64,000 bases of DNA from Minisyncoccia bacterium (GTDB lineage: Bacteria; Patescibacteriota; Minisyncoccia; UBA6257; GWB1-50-10), in NCBI GenBank assembly GCA_049997815.1, contig JBEKVQ010000003.1, forward strand, positions 85-64,084, in the 5' to 3' direction. A model generated the notes under the pieces. It ran no database searches and was not told where the DNA came from. It worked only from the letters and a program-made list of their open reading frames with translations. A program made the translations under genes and the position numbers. Shown one piece after another: positions 17,009 through 26,448 of the stretch (position 1 is its first letter; the number at the start of each line of letters is the position of its first letter).

Positions 17009-18271
17009 TTACAAAACGAAAATCAGGCATGCCACGGCGGCCGCAAGCGTGAAGACGAAGGTAAGCCAGCCGAAAACGTTCGAGATGCCCGAATTCGTCC
17101 TACCCCGCATTATCTTCTTGTTGTTGGCCATGCGGATGATGAGATATACGAGAGGGGGCGTGATGAAAGTGTACAAAACCGCCGCATATATCAGGAGCTG
17201 AATGGGGTCAATATTCAAAAAATTCATCGCCGCACCCAGAAAGGTGGCAAAAATTATGACGAGATAAAAACCCTTGGCCTCGCGGAATGTCTTGTTTATC
17301 CCCTCTTTCCAATTGAAAACCTCGGCCAAAACATAACCCACGCTTCCGGCAAGGACCGGCACGGCCAGAAGCCCCGTACCAATGATTCCCAGTCCGAAGA
17401 TGAGGAAAGCAAAATTGCCCAAAAGCGGTTTCAGAACCAGGGAGGCTTCGTCAAAGTTCGAAGCCGCCGCGATACCGTAAATTCCGGCCACCTGGCCGGC
17501 AGCCGCAATGATAAACCAGGTAATGAACTGCGAGAAGAACATTCCGAGAAGCGTATCTTTTCTCAAGTGCTTTAACTCGTTCTTCGTCACCAGAAATTTT
17601 TTCAGGCGCTTTTCCTTTTTCTCCTCGTCGCGCTCTTCCACCTCCTCATCGGCCTGCCAGAAAAAAAGATAGGGCGATATGGTCGTGCCCAAAAACGCCG
17701 CAAAAAGCAGAACGTAATCCTTGGTGAAACTGATGGAAGGAATGATCGTTGACTTCAGCGCGCTGATCCAATCCACGTGAAGATACAGCGCCGTCGCCAC
17801 GTAAAACAGGAGCGAGAGCGTGAGCCATTTCAGGACGCCCGCGAACTTCGGATAGGAAAGAAAAATGGTGAAGAAGAGGATAAAAACCGAGATAGCCGGG
17901 AGCCAAAAGAACCTCGAAACGAGCGTAAACTTTTCGGCAATGACGCCGATAGCCGAGAGGTCGGCACCGATATTCACGGTAATGACGACGACGGAGACGA
18001 ACCCCACGGCATAAAGGATCCACTTGGCGTAGTGCTCTTTTATAACCTTGATAAGCCCCTTGTCGGTCACATAGCCTATCCGCCCGGACATCTCCTGAAT
18101 GGCGTACATGAGTGGCAAGCAGAAAAGCGTGAGCCAAAGCGTACGGAAACCGAATGAAAAGCCGGACTGGAGATAGGTCAGAATCCCCGAGGGATCGTCG
18201 TCGGAGGCGCCCGTGATAATTCCGGGCCCGGCGCTTTTACCAAGCGCCTTTATCTTTTCCCAAAGTACCAT
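17009..18271 (-). CDS. Nramp-family divalent metal transporter (MntH-like)
   Basis: 420-aa polytopic membrane protein with the GPGIITGASDDDPSG...LQSG Nramp signature near the N-terminus. Confidence 0.65.
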   Translation of the reverse strand: MVLWEKIKALGKSAGPGIITGASDDDPSGILTYLQSGFSFGFRTLWLTLFCLPLMYAIQEMSGRIGYVTDKGLIKVIKEHYAKWILYAVGFVSVVVITVNIGADLSAIGVIAEKFTLVSRFFWLPAISVFILFFTIFLSYPKFAGVLKWLTLSLLFYVATALYLHVDWISALKSTIIPSISFTKDYVLLFAAFLGTTISPYLFFWQADEEVEERDEEKKEKRLKKFLVTKNELKHLRKDTLLGMFFSQFITWFIIAAAGQVAGIYGIAAASNFDEASLVLKPLLGNFAFLIFGLGIIGTGLLAVPVLAGSVGYVLAEVFNWKEGINKTFREAKGFYLVIIFATFLGAAMNFLNIDPIQLLIYAAVLYTFITPPLVYLIIRMANNKKIMRGRTNSGISNVFGWLTFVFTLAAAVACLIFVL

Positions 18272-18329
18272 TCATTTAATTATGCCACAAACAAAAACGC
18301 CCCCTAAGGGGCGTTTTCTTAAACAAACC

Positions 18330-18548
18330 CTAATGAGCAACGGAGCAACACTTGCAATTGCCGCCCATGAGCTTAGTCAATCCGCCGATGATAACGAGGA
18401 TCGGCCAAATAATGCCTACCACGTCCGCCGTGAAGACATTTAGGGCGCCCAGCAAGAAAACGAGGCCGAAGACCGTAACGAGAACGGGCATCACCTTGTG
18501 ATGAGAGCAGGTGCACTTTCCGCCACCCATATTCATATTTCCTTCCAT
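18330..18548 (-). CDS. small cysteine-rich membrane protein
   Basis: 72 aa: GGGKCTCSHHK, one TM helix, and a C-terminal GGNCKCC; flanked by terminator hairpins. Confidence 0.3.
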   Translation of the reverse strand: MEGNMNMGGGKCTCSHHKVMPVLVTVFGLVFLLGALNVFTADVVGIIWPILVIIGGLTKLMGGNCKCCSVAH

Positions 18549-18603
18549 AAATTTGTAAAATCTAAAACCGACCTTTACCCTTAACTTAATTATAGCAAAA
18601 GCA

Positions 18604-19221
18604 TCAAAATCCCAGTTTTTCCCTCACGATTATCATAGTCGTCCTGCTGGGGACGTCTTTGTTTACGATGAGAATTTTATTGATGCTACTTTCCCGGCCG
18701 TAGGTCTTCTTCGCGCGCTCGTTTTCGAGCGGAAAGACGTATTCCTGAATGCGATCCATCCCCTCATTGAGGTCCTTCACGAACTTCTGGGCCCCAACCA
18801 CCCAAATCACGTTCCCCGCTCCATAGGCATAGGCCGGCAATTGGCTGCCAGTTGCCGAAACAGAGATAATTCTCCCGTCTTCCGTAACGGCATTAGCGCT
18901 CCCGACGGCCCAATCCGGCGCGGCTCCCATCATTTTCATTTTCTTTCCGTCGGTCTTGGCATCCATAGACATGAATTTTTTGCGGACGGAATCGTATCGG
19001 CCGGATTCCGTTATCTCTTTCACGGCGCCGATGGCTTCAAGCGTCATCGAGGTCATGTTCATCACTTCCGCCCCCGGAGGAATGAGTTCCAATAATTTCT
19101 TTTCCGCTTCAGCGGCATCCCGGACGATAAAAGTTTTTATTCCGTTATTTTCGAGCGCGAGAGCGACTTTATTCACAACCTCATCGCTCGGCAATACGCC
19201 GTATTTTTGATTTGGTTCCAT
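18604..19221 (-). CDS. LUD-domain (LutC/YkgG-like) protein
   Basis: 205 aa; overall resemblance to LUD/DUF162 proteins. Low-specificity call. Confidence 0.4.
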   Translation of the reverse strand: MEPNQKYGVLPSDEVVNKVALALENNGIKTFIVRDAAEAEKKLLELIPPGAEVMNMTSMTLEAIGAVKEITESGRYDSVRKKFMSMDAKTDGKKMKMMGAAPDWAVGSANAVTEDGRIISVSATGSQLPAYAYGAGNVIWVVGAQKFVKDLNEGMDRIQEYVFPLENERAKKTYGRESSINKILIVNKDVPSRTTMIIVREKLGF

Positions 19222-19229
19222 GTCTATAA

Positions 19230-20024
19230 CTATAGCGAAAAATCCAGTATTAAGGGAAGGTGGTCGGAGACCTCGACTTCCGGCAATTGAAACGAGCCGA
19301 CCTCAATATCCGGCGAGACGAACATATAATCCGAGATGCTATCCGGCACGGCTTCCCCTTTGTATCCTTCATAGTGGATCCGGCTACGCGTGGTTCTCAC
19401 ATTAAAATCCTTAATGAGATTTTTCATGGTGTGGCCCAGAACAGCGATGCTCTTTGTATCCGGATAAAGATTGAAATCGCCACAAAGAATTTTATGGCCG
19501 TCAACGCCATTAAGAAATTCTAAAATCTTTTTCGACTGCTCAAGGCGGGCCGCATTATCGTTCTTGGGCCAAGTTGCTATTCCATGGAAATCGCAGACGG
19601 TGAGGGATGCGCCTCCGACATCGAACGTCTTATATTGCAAGAGGCCAATTTTATGCGTCTCATCGCTTTTTATCTTGTAAAGGGAGCCATAAGCGAAAAA
19701 ACTTCCTTCTTCCTTAAGGCGAAGATTCTTTCTGTGGAAAATCGCGGTACCCAAAACGACTCCCGAAGCAGCCCCCCCGGTGAGCTTATCGAGAGAGACC
19801 ATCGGAGCAAAAGAACCGCTGAAATCCGGCAGTAATTCTTCCAACTCTCTCAGTAAAAAAAACCGAACACCAATTCCATCGTTATATACCTCTTCGGCCT
19901 TAAGCGCCTCTTGAAAGCAAAAGATGTCGGTCTCTGGTGACATATCTTCTATGAATTTTTTCAGAGCTTCAAACCTTTTTCCACACCAAATGTTCAGACA
20001 AATTAACTTCATTTGTGCCCCCAC
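19230..20024 (-). CDS. endonuclease/exonuclease/phosphatase (EEP) family protein
   Basis: 264 aa: LICLNIWCG N-terminus, FCFQEA, a C-terminal EVSDHLPLILDF catalytic motif. Confidence 0.75.
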   Translation of the reverse strand: MGAQMKLICLNIWCGKRFEALKKFIEDMSPETDIFCFQEALKAEEVYNDGIGVRFFLLRELEELLPDFSGSFAPMVSLDKLTGGAASGVVLGTAIFHRKNLRLKEEGSFFAYGSLYKIKSDETHKIGLLQYKTFDVGGASLTVCDFHGIATWPKNDNAARLEQSKKILEFLNGVDGHKILCGDFNLYPDTKSIAVLGHTMKNLIKDFNVRTTRSRIHYEGYKGEAVPDSISDYMFVSPDIEVGSFQLPEVEVSDHLPLILDFSL

Positions 20025-20097
20025 TAGGGATCGAACCTAGGACCCACTCCTTAAAAGGGAGGTGCTCTACCAACTGAGCTATGGGGGCAATTTATTT
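20025..20097 (-). tRNA. tRNA-Lys (anticodon UUU)
   Basis: Reverse complement: GCCCCCATAGCTCAGTTGGTAGAGCACCTCCCTTTTAAGGAGTGGGTCCTAGGTTCGATCCCTAGTGGGGGCA. Cloverleaf with anticodon loop CTTTTAA; CCA not encoded. Confidence 0.8.
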
Positions 20098-20098
20098 T

Positions 20099-20464
20099 TT
20101 AAGATTTGCGATCTTTCTGGATGATCTTCCAGTGATATATGAACAGCGGCGTTCCGATGATTATCATTGCGAGGGCATTTGAGGCGGTGCGCTCCCGGTC
20201 GCTCTCCCTTTGTTTTTCCTGGGCCGCCGCTTGGTCCGCGTTGTACTTCTCCTGGTCCACCGGGGTCATAACACTGCCTTTAACGTCGGCAGGCGCGACC
20301 AGAACGGGATAGGAGGGATACATTATCATTTGGTCGGCGTTCTTAAACACGAAGGCCTTCAACCCCAAGTCAACTAAGTTCACGAGTCCGATGACCACGA
20401 TCACCAACCCCACGAGCGAGAACAGATACAGATAGATTGTACGGATTAATTCCTTGCGTTCCAT
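20099..20464 (-). CDS. membrane protein, hypothetical
   Basis: 121 aa with N- and C-terminal TM helices. Confidence 0.35.
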   Translation of the reverse strand: MERKELIRTIYLYLFSLVGLVIVVIGLVNLVDLGLKAFVFKNADQMIMYPSYPVLVAPADVKGSVMTPVDQEKYNADQAAAQEKQRESDRERTASNALAMIIIGTPLFIYHWKIIQKDRKS

Positions 20465-20539
20465 GCATTATTAATATACACATAGACGCTTTAATTTTCA
20501 ACCTGATCCACCTTAACACAAGGTGTTATAATTAGATTA

Positions 20540-20899
20540 ATGAATAAGATCTGTAAGAAGCACGGGCTTACAAAACACTTTAAAAGAAACGATGGGTCTT
20601 GGCGTTGTAACAGGTGTGCTTCCCTATGGGTAGTGGATAGTCGGATACATAAGAAGGAAAAATTAGTAAAGATGTTTGGCGGTAAGTGCAGTAGGTGTGG
20701 ATATAATCGCTATATTGGTGCATTGGATTTTCACCATATTAACCCGGCAAATAAGTCTTTCTCTTTAAGCGTAAAGGGTCTCTGTTATGCCTGGGACACT
20801 ATACTTGCTGAGGCTAAGAAATGCATATTGTTGTGTAAAAACTGTCATATGGAGGTTGAAAAAGAATCGGCTATGATACATAATAAACGGGCACATTAA
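20540..20899 (+). CDS. HNH endonuclease (free-standing, possibly intron/homing-associated)
   Basis: 119 aa: CxxC ... CSRCGYN ... DFHHINPANKS ... CKNCH, i.e. an HNH zinc-finger nuclease pattern. Ends 10 nt before the intron-containing tRNA. Confidence 0.55.
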   Translation: MNKICKKHGLTKHFKRNDGSWRCNRCASLWVVDSRIHKKEKLVKMFGGKCSRCGYNRYIGALDFHHINPANKSFSLSVKGLCYAWDTILAEAKKCILLCKNCHMEVEKESAMIHNKRAH

Positions 20900-20908
20900 G
20901 AGATTGAT

Positions 20909-21181
20909 TCCTCGGTAGCTCAGTGGTAGAGCGGCTCCCTGTCAGAAGGCAGCTTTCCGCCGAGAGGCGGTTTGAAAAATTTCGGGATAACGGTGAAGGC
21001 TAAATCTTAAAAAGATATGCGAACACCGTGGGAACCCGCCAAGATTCTTAAATTTAGGCGGGGCACCGTAGAGACTAGATACCGAAACACCTTTAATATG
21101 GTGATGATATAGTCCACCCCTTCAGGAAACTTTAGGATACGTGTAAGGAGATGGTCGTAGGTTCGAATCCTACCCGAGGAG
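20909..21181 (+). tRNA. tRNA-Asn (GUU) interrupted by a ~200-nt group I intron in the anticodon loop
   Basis: 5' exon TCCTCGGTAGCTCAGTGGTAGAGCGGCTCCCTGT; 3' exon TAAGGAGATGGTCGTAGGTTCGAATCCTACCCGAGGAG. U1:A72 and the G73 discriminator are typical of tRNA-Asn. The intron carries the P7-region motif GTAGAGACTAGA and follows a U at the 5' splice site, with a G before the 3' exon. Confidence 0.7.
20943..21143 (+). ncRNA. group I intron (self-splicing ribozyme candidate) within tRNA-Asn
   Basis: Inserted after anticodon position 35. Contains CACCGTAGAGACTAGATACCG, resembling the conserved core of tRNA-embedded (Azoarcus-type) group I introns; the last intron nucleotide is G. Confidence 0.6.
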
Positions 21182-21203
21182 CATAGGGGGTAAAATTGCC
21201 CAA

Positions 21204-21638
21204 ATGCGCAAATTTACCACACTTGCGATTCTAACATCGTCCCAAACGGAAATGTTTAGAAATACATTTTTTAGAAAAAGAAATAGACTAGGGATTGGAA
21301 AAGAATCATACTCTACACCAGAAGCGCGTGAATTGGGGAGGTTACTAAAAAATTATGGCTGGAAGGTAGAGCTAGAAAAATGGGATGGGCATAAACATAT
21401 TGATATAGCAATTACAGAAGCGAAAGTTAATATCGAGGTTGACGGCAAACAGCATAATCTTAGTCCAAAACAAGCACTTGCAGATTTAGAGCGAACTTAC
21501 TACTCCTTCAAGAAGGGTTATGTAACTTTAAGAATTCCTAATGTTTTGGTTCGGGACGCCGCAACAATTGAAGATACAGCGCGGTTTATTGATAAATTCT
21601 TAAGAGAAAGCGATTGGCAGTTAGACCATTCAGGCTGA
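21204..21638 (+). CDS. DUF559-like (Vsr/PD-(D/E)xK-fold) endonuclease-domain protein
   Basis: 144 aa: TPEARELGRLLKNYGW...HIDIAI...KVNIEVDGKQHN...D..R...L...G..VLRI matches the DUF559 pattern. Confidence 0.5.
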   Translation: MRKFTTLAILTSSQTEMFRNTFFRKRNRLGIGKESYSTPEARELGRLLKNYGWKVELEKWDGHKHIDIAITEAKVNIEVDGKQHNLSPKQALADLERTYYSFKKGYVTLRIPNVLVRDAATIEDTARFIDKFLRESDWQLDHSG

Positions 21639-21644
21639 TGCTTA

Positions 21645-21986
21645 TTGGTGGTGTCAAACAGTTATGATTTGTATGTTAAAATGACATTGATGGGCAACGA
21701 CGTGCAAACAAAAGTTGTTGATGAAACTCCAAAGGTTTCGAGGGGGCAGCGATGGTTTGCTGGATATATTATCGCAGGCATCATTTGGTATTTGGGGCAG
21801 AGTTTCAATAGAACTTCATATGATGGAATTATTATTCTGGCGATCGCTATTCTTTGTGGTATATTTTACCATCGGCTTAAAGAAAAGATAAAAATCAAGC
21901 AGGAAGGTGTGAGAGTTGTGGTCACGTTTTTAGTTCTTGAAGTGATTGCTGGTGCATTAGTAGGATTTTTCACGGCGTTATTTTAA
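21645..21986 (+). CDS. membrane protein, hypothetical
   Basis: 113 aa, two or three TM helices; in the low-GC region. Confidence 0.3.
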   Translation: MVVSNSYDLYVKMTLMGNDVQTKVVDETPKVSRGQRWFAGYIIAGIIWYLGQSFNRTSYDGIIILAIAILCGIFYHRLKEKIKIKQEGVRVVVTFLVLEVIAGALVGFFTALF

Positions 21987-22160
21987 TTCATACCTGGTTC
22001 TAGACCTACCCACTCCGCAGACAAGGCATAACTATCGCACCAACCTCGTAAGCCGGGATTCTAGTGTAACCGAGGAATCCTATAAAAAGTACGGGTCTTA
22101 AGATGACGACGGCCTTCTAGACCTACTTGACATAATTGGCATATAGACTACCATAGAGTC

Positions 22161-22544
22161 ATGGCCAAAACAAAAGCGAAAATGACTCTTCCCAGCGGTA
22201 CCCAGGTTGTGATTGAAGGCACCCCTTCTGAGGTTGCTGCGATTGTACATCAGCTTGGCTTCAGATCTGAAAAGATTTCATCAAGTGAACGAGTGAATGT
22301 GCCCACTGGTCGGAAAACTGCAAAGGAAAAGAAAATAAGAACTTCCCCGACAGATTTAATTCTTTCTCTTGCGGACGGAGGATTTTTTAAGTCCCCCAAA
22401 GACCTTGCTTCCATAAAGGAGGGACTTGCAGAAATAGGTCATATCTATCCGATCCAAACCCTATCTTCCATAGTGTTCAAAATGGTTCGACGGCGATATT
22501 TACGCCGAGTTAAAGAGGACGGACGCTGGGTTTATATAAGATAA
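22161..22544 (+). CDS. hypothetical protein (low-GC island)
   Basis: 127-aa ORF in the AT-rich island; no recognisable motif. Confidence 0.35.
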   Translation: MAKTKAKMTLPSGTQVVIEGTPSEVAAIVHQLGFRSEKISSSERVNVPTGRKTAKEKKIRTSPTDLILSLADGGFFKSPKDLASIKEGLAEIGHIYPIQTLSSIVFKMVRRRYLRRVKEDGRWVYIR

Positions 22545-22549
22545 CTATT

Positions 22550-22765
22550 ATGAAAAAGAAGAAACAAAAAGCGAGCGTTGCAGAAAAAGTTATAAAAGTA
22601 CTCGACAAACAACCAAAGACTGCTCAGGAAATTAAAAAAGAATTAAAAGACAAGTTTGGGCATAACGAAAAACTTGACAATATCAGGGTTAATTTACTCT
22701 ATTTACTAAGGCGAGAGAAAATCAAGCGTAGAAAAGAAGAGAAGATATACAAATATTATATTTAG
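22550..22765 (+). CDS. small lysine-rich protein, possible DNA-binding
   Basis: 71 aa, very basic, 6 nt after the previous gene. Confidence 0.3.
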   Translation: MKKKKQKASVAEKVIKVLDKQPKTAQEIKKELKDKFGHNEKLDNIRVNLLYLLRREKIKRRKEEKIYKYYI

Positions 22766-22771
22766 CTTCTC

Positions 22772-23257
22772 ATGGATCAACAAAAAATAAATAAAAAGGT
22801 TATTACGCAACTTATCGATCATGAAAGGCGGATTCGTGCACTCGAAACTGACGCACGGTCCGCAGAGGAAAAAGGAGTTGAAAAGCAGACCAGAACCGAT
22901 GATTCGGACAATTTAATTTTGGCCATAGTCAATAAAATCGGTGAGTGCGATGAGAGCGAGGAAATACAGAACAAAGTTCTCGATCAAAGGAGTACAGAGG
23001 GGAAAATTTTGCTCTGCTTCTATATTTCGCATAAATATTTTAAAAACACTTGGTTGACAACGGGCGATATAGAAAAAATTACATCTGGTTTAGGGACTAA
23101 AATAGCTATAGGTAATGTTTCAAACAAAATAAAGGGAGAACTGAGACAATACCTTGAAAGTGGGGCAGTGAGAAAGCAAGGACAACCAACCCCATATCGC
23201 CTTAATCGTAAAGGGGTGAAAAGATTTGAGGAAATGCTCCGCGCTGAAAAAGATTAA
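22772..23257 (+). CDS. hypothetical protein (low-GC island)
   Basis: 161 aa; tightly spaced with its neighbours on the same strand. Confidence 0.35.
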   Translation: MDQQKINKKVITQLIDHERRIRALETDARSAEEKGVEKQTRTDDSDNLILAIVNKIGECDESEEIQNKVLDQRSTEGKILLCFYISHKYFKNTWLTTGDIEKITSGLGTKIAIGNVSNKIKGELRQYLESGAVRKQGQPTPYRLNRKGVKRFEEMLRAEKD

Positions 23258-23265
23258 CCCAAACC

Positions 23266-24015
23266 ATGCTGGAAACCATTAAACAGGAACTAAAAAAGAA
23301 GGTAAACGATGATGATCTCATCGATAATTTATTTTCTAGTTTTCAGAAAATTTCCGAAGAGTTTGTAGCGCAGAAACCAGTGGATCTCTTGCAGAACACC
23401 GGTTTATTCGTTGAGTCTGCTCTAAGGGTGGCGGAACATTTTGTCCTGGGCGTACATACTCCCCTCGGGAAGAAATTCAATATTGATACCTGCATTCAAA
23501 AATTAGAGGGGGCTTCTGGCTCCGACGGTTTAAAGATCCATACGGCGCGCTTAAGCCGAGCGATTTATGACTTTCGATCTCGGAAAAAGTCAGTGCATCT
23601 TAAAGCAATCGATCCACAAGCTATTGATGCAAGCTTGGTTTTTAATATCAGTAACTGGATTCTTATAGAAATTTTGAAAGAAAGTAATGTTGAAAATCCA
23701 GAGAATGCAATCAAAATCCTATTTACGAGAAAAATCCCCCTGGTTCAGAGTGTCGGGGGCATACTGCGCACAACAAATCCTGAACTATCTGGACCACAAA
23801 GAATTCTGCTTCTTCTTTATTCTGCCCCGGAGGGTTTAACCGAGGGTCAGCTATATGAAAGTACACGACAGAAAATTAGGGACAGCAATCATCTTAGGAC
23901 AAACCTTAGGAATATGGATGCCGCCGACCTTGTTCACAAGCTTCCAGATGGCCGATGGACTCTTTTCGGCCAAGGTTTCTCCGAAGCAGAAATGCTTATT
24001 CAAAAATTCAGCTAA
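23266..24015 (+). CDS. hypothetical protein (low-GC island)
   Basis: 249 aa; last gene of a four-gene same-strand cluster. Confidence 0.35.
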   Translation: MLETIKQELKKKVNDDDLIDNLFSSFQKISEEFVAQKPVDLLQNTGLFVESALRVAEHFVLGVHTPLGKKFNIDTCIQKLEGASGSDGLKIHTARLSRAIYDFRSRKKSVHLKAIDPQAIDASLVFNISNWILIEILKESNVENPENAIKILFTRKIPLVQSVGGILRTTNPELSGPQRILLLLYSAPEGLTEGQLYESTRQKIRDSNHLRTNLRNMDAADLVHKLPDGRWTLFGQGFSEAEMLIQKFS

Positions 24016-24570
24016 AGAGGCTGGAGTCGATTGGGTGTATGAGACCGAGACGCCCAAATAGGCCACCACAAGAAGTTTTAAGAAAGCTCTGTAACGCCTC
24101 ACATTAAAAAGTCCGAATTCTGGTACGCCACACTAGAGCAACAGATCAACCCTATCATCACCCCCGTTCTTTCTCTTCGCATCCCAGAGTGCCTGTCTCA
24201 CAAATAACCAGGCCAGCTGTTCTGCCGCCTTCTCAATCCGTTCTTCTTTAGTGAGTGATGGATACCATGGTATCCCCTCTTCCCGGAGCTTCTTCATTCT
24301 CCTTTCCCGTTCCTTTTTCCCTTGTGGCATGTTCGGTAACGTACCACTGTAGCGTACCGTAGGCCCATTCTACAAGTAAGGAGGGTAGGAATGCCGGAAA
24401 GAACAACTTAAGCCGCGAGCGATACCGGTTTCTCCCCAGAGAGTTCTTTAATCATCCTCACTTTTTCTCGCACGCTGGCCATATATGCTCTATCAAGCAA
24501 TAATATGGAAAGCGCTGGACTGGGGAGCAACGGTTTTTAGTTAGCATTACTTGGGGTATAATCTGACGAC

Positions 24571-24975
24571 ATGGATTACGAATTACTTGCCAACGTGGTG
24601 ATGGTCCTTCATGCTTTATTGATCGTTTCCATATTTTTGGGAATTCTTTTCAGCATTAAGATTCGTTGGTTTAGGCCCGTTGAATCCTTCGCGTTACTGA
24701 CGGCTATCGTCATCTGGTCCATATTCGGGGGATGCCCGCTAACCTTCGTCGAAAATTACTTGCGACTGCACACTTCTCATCCCATCCCTTTATCAACCAC
24801 CGGTTTTATACCCTACTACCTCTATAATTGGTTCGGTCTTCAGTTGTCCAACTCAGCATTTGTGCTTGGAACATACTTAATCGCATTACTATTCTTTTTT
24901 ATCGACTTGGAATGGCTCTCCTCTTTTTTGAAGCGGATATTTCTGAAAAAAACTGGCAGACATACTAGACCCTAA
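24571..24975 (+). CDS. membrane protein, hypothetical
   Basis: 134 aa with about four TM helices. Confidence 0.35.
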   Translation: MDYELLANVVMVLHALLIVSIFLGILFSIKIRWFRPVESFALLTAIVIWSIFGGCPLTFVENYLRLHTSHPIPLSTTGFIPYYLYNWFGLQLSNSAFVLGTYLIALLFFFIDLEWLSSFLKRIFLKKTGRHTRP

Positions 24976-25433
24976 GGAGAATTTGTTCACGGTCTAACTA
25001 AAACCGTTCCAACATCGTCCCACTCGGAGAGCAAATAAGCCCTGAAATTTTCCAGGGCTTACTGATTTTCGCTTTTACTATCCTTTTTCTTATCTTCTTC
25101 CTCCTTCTCCATTCTAGCTTTAAGAATATGCCTCGCAGCAAAGCCCTCGGGACCGCCATTTTCAATGTAATATATTTCTGCTTCTTTATCGGTCGGAGGG
25201 TGACCAAGTTTCTCTCCGGCAAACCATTTATTCTCCGGACTGTGCATTTCTTCTTTCTCTAGCTCCAGATATTCCCTTAGGGGAAGAGGTTTTTCTTTTG
25301 GTTCTTTTTCCATATTTAGACCTCCTCTACGGGATAGGACTTTATTGAGTATAACACTCTGGCGTTTTTATTCCCCTCCATTAAAAAGAAAATCCCCATC
25401 GAGTGATGGAGAATTTTCCGGATTGCACCTAGG

Positions 25434-25868
25434 TTAATTTCCCGAGGCCTCTAAAGACGAATTTGAGCCGTCTCCCGTACCGTCTGGCGCTTTGCACGCC
25501 ACTGCCACCGTCCTGTACTTGGACCAGGCAGCATCGCGAGCGGATTGCCACGCTTTGCGGGCTGACTTAACCGAAGAATTGAATGTTGACCACGCAGTCT
25601 TAACCGCCGTCCTTAACGCGCTGAGAGTCGTTAGACCGTACGCTTGTTGGAGGGCGGTAGCTCGTGCCGAATACGCCGCGTTAGACGCTCCGGTAAATGC
25701 AGTCATGGCCGTATCGATGGCTTGTTCGCGCGCATTCACTGCCGCTCCCACGCACGCAATTTTAGCGGCAACCGAAGAGGTCACGACGGCAGTAGTTTGC
25801 GCAATGGCTGGTGTTACTGCCGCCAACATGAGAAGAGCCGCTGAAACCGCAATTGTGTTCTTGAGCAT
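25434..25868 (-). CDS. secreted alanine-rich hypothetical protein
   Basis: Signal peptide MLKNTIAVSAALLMLAAVTPAIA, followed by an Ala-rich, helix-prone sequence. Confidence 0.4.
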   Translation of the reverse strand: MLKNTIAVSAALLMLAAVTPAIAQTTAVVTSSVAAKIACVGAAVNAREQAIDTAMTAFTGASNAAYSARATALQQAYGLTTLSALRTAVKTAWSTFNSSVKSARKAWQSARDAAWSKYRTVAVACKAPDGTGDGSNSSLEASGN

Positions 25869-25938
25869 GGTTTGTTTTTTTGGTTTGCTTTAATAACTCG
25901 ACCTTTCGGTAATTATAATAATTCTTTCGGGGCCGTGT

Positions 25939-26223
25939 CTAAACCCCGATTAAAATGTATATGGCGCACTTCCCTATTTCCGGAAGCATTCCTCCTTCTA
26001 TGCTCTCGTTTATTTTATCAACCGAGACCTTGCTGGTTGAACTGCTTTCGGAATGGAGATAACCGCCCTCAATGTAGGCCTGTTTATGCCCATCCGCGCC
26101 GTAGACGAAATCCCCATCAAAGTAGCCGAGTCTCTTGCCGTCGTGGGCGCGAATGTGATAACCGTCAATCCAGCCCACCCTCTGCCCCTCTCGCCATATA
26201 TCATGGCCGATTATTTTAAGCAT
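25939..26223 (-). CDS. small hypothetical protein with reiterated G[YW]xDG motifs
   Basis: 94 aa: GWIDGYHIRAHDGKRLGYFDGDFVYGADGHKQAYIEGGYL. Confidence 0.3.
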   Translation of the reverse strand: MLKIIGHDIWREGQRVGWIDGYHIRAHDGKRLGYFDGDFVYGADGHKQAYIEGGYLHSESSSTSKVSVDKINESIEGGMLPEIGKCAIYILIGV

Positions 26224-26448
26224 ATTTCCATTATACCAGAAACTCTTTTACCATTGTTTTATGAGCAGAAAAACACTTGTCTGGCTGGGGCTTTTCATCG
26301 GTTCTACGATCGGGAGCTTTATTCCGGAGCTTTGGGGCTCCGACGTTCTGTCTTTTTCTTCAATCATCCTTAGCGCCTTGGGCGGATTAGCCGGCATTTG
26401 GATTGGTTTCAAATTTGGCGAATAGACCATATATTTGATTTAAGCTAT

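Noticed and set aside
17646-18137. 163-aa minus-strand ORF in alternate frame
   Set aside because: It is in a different frame of the same strand as the Nramp transporter gene, whose frame has the GPG...DP signature and the TM pattern.
24133-24330. 65-aa minus-strand ORF, plus ORFs 25059..25313 and 26248..26430
   Set aside because: Short, no RBS or motif support, lying in intergenic or low-GC DNA. Not reported as genes.
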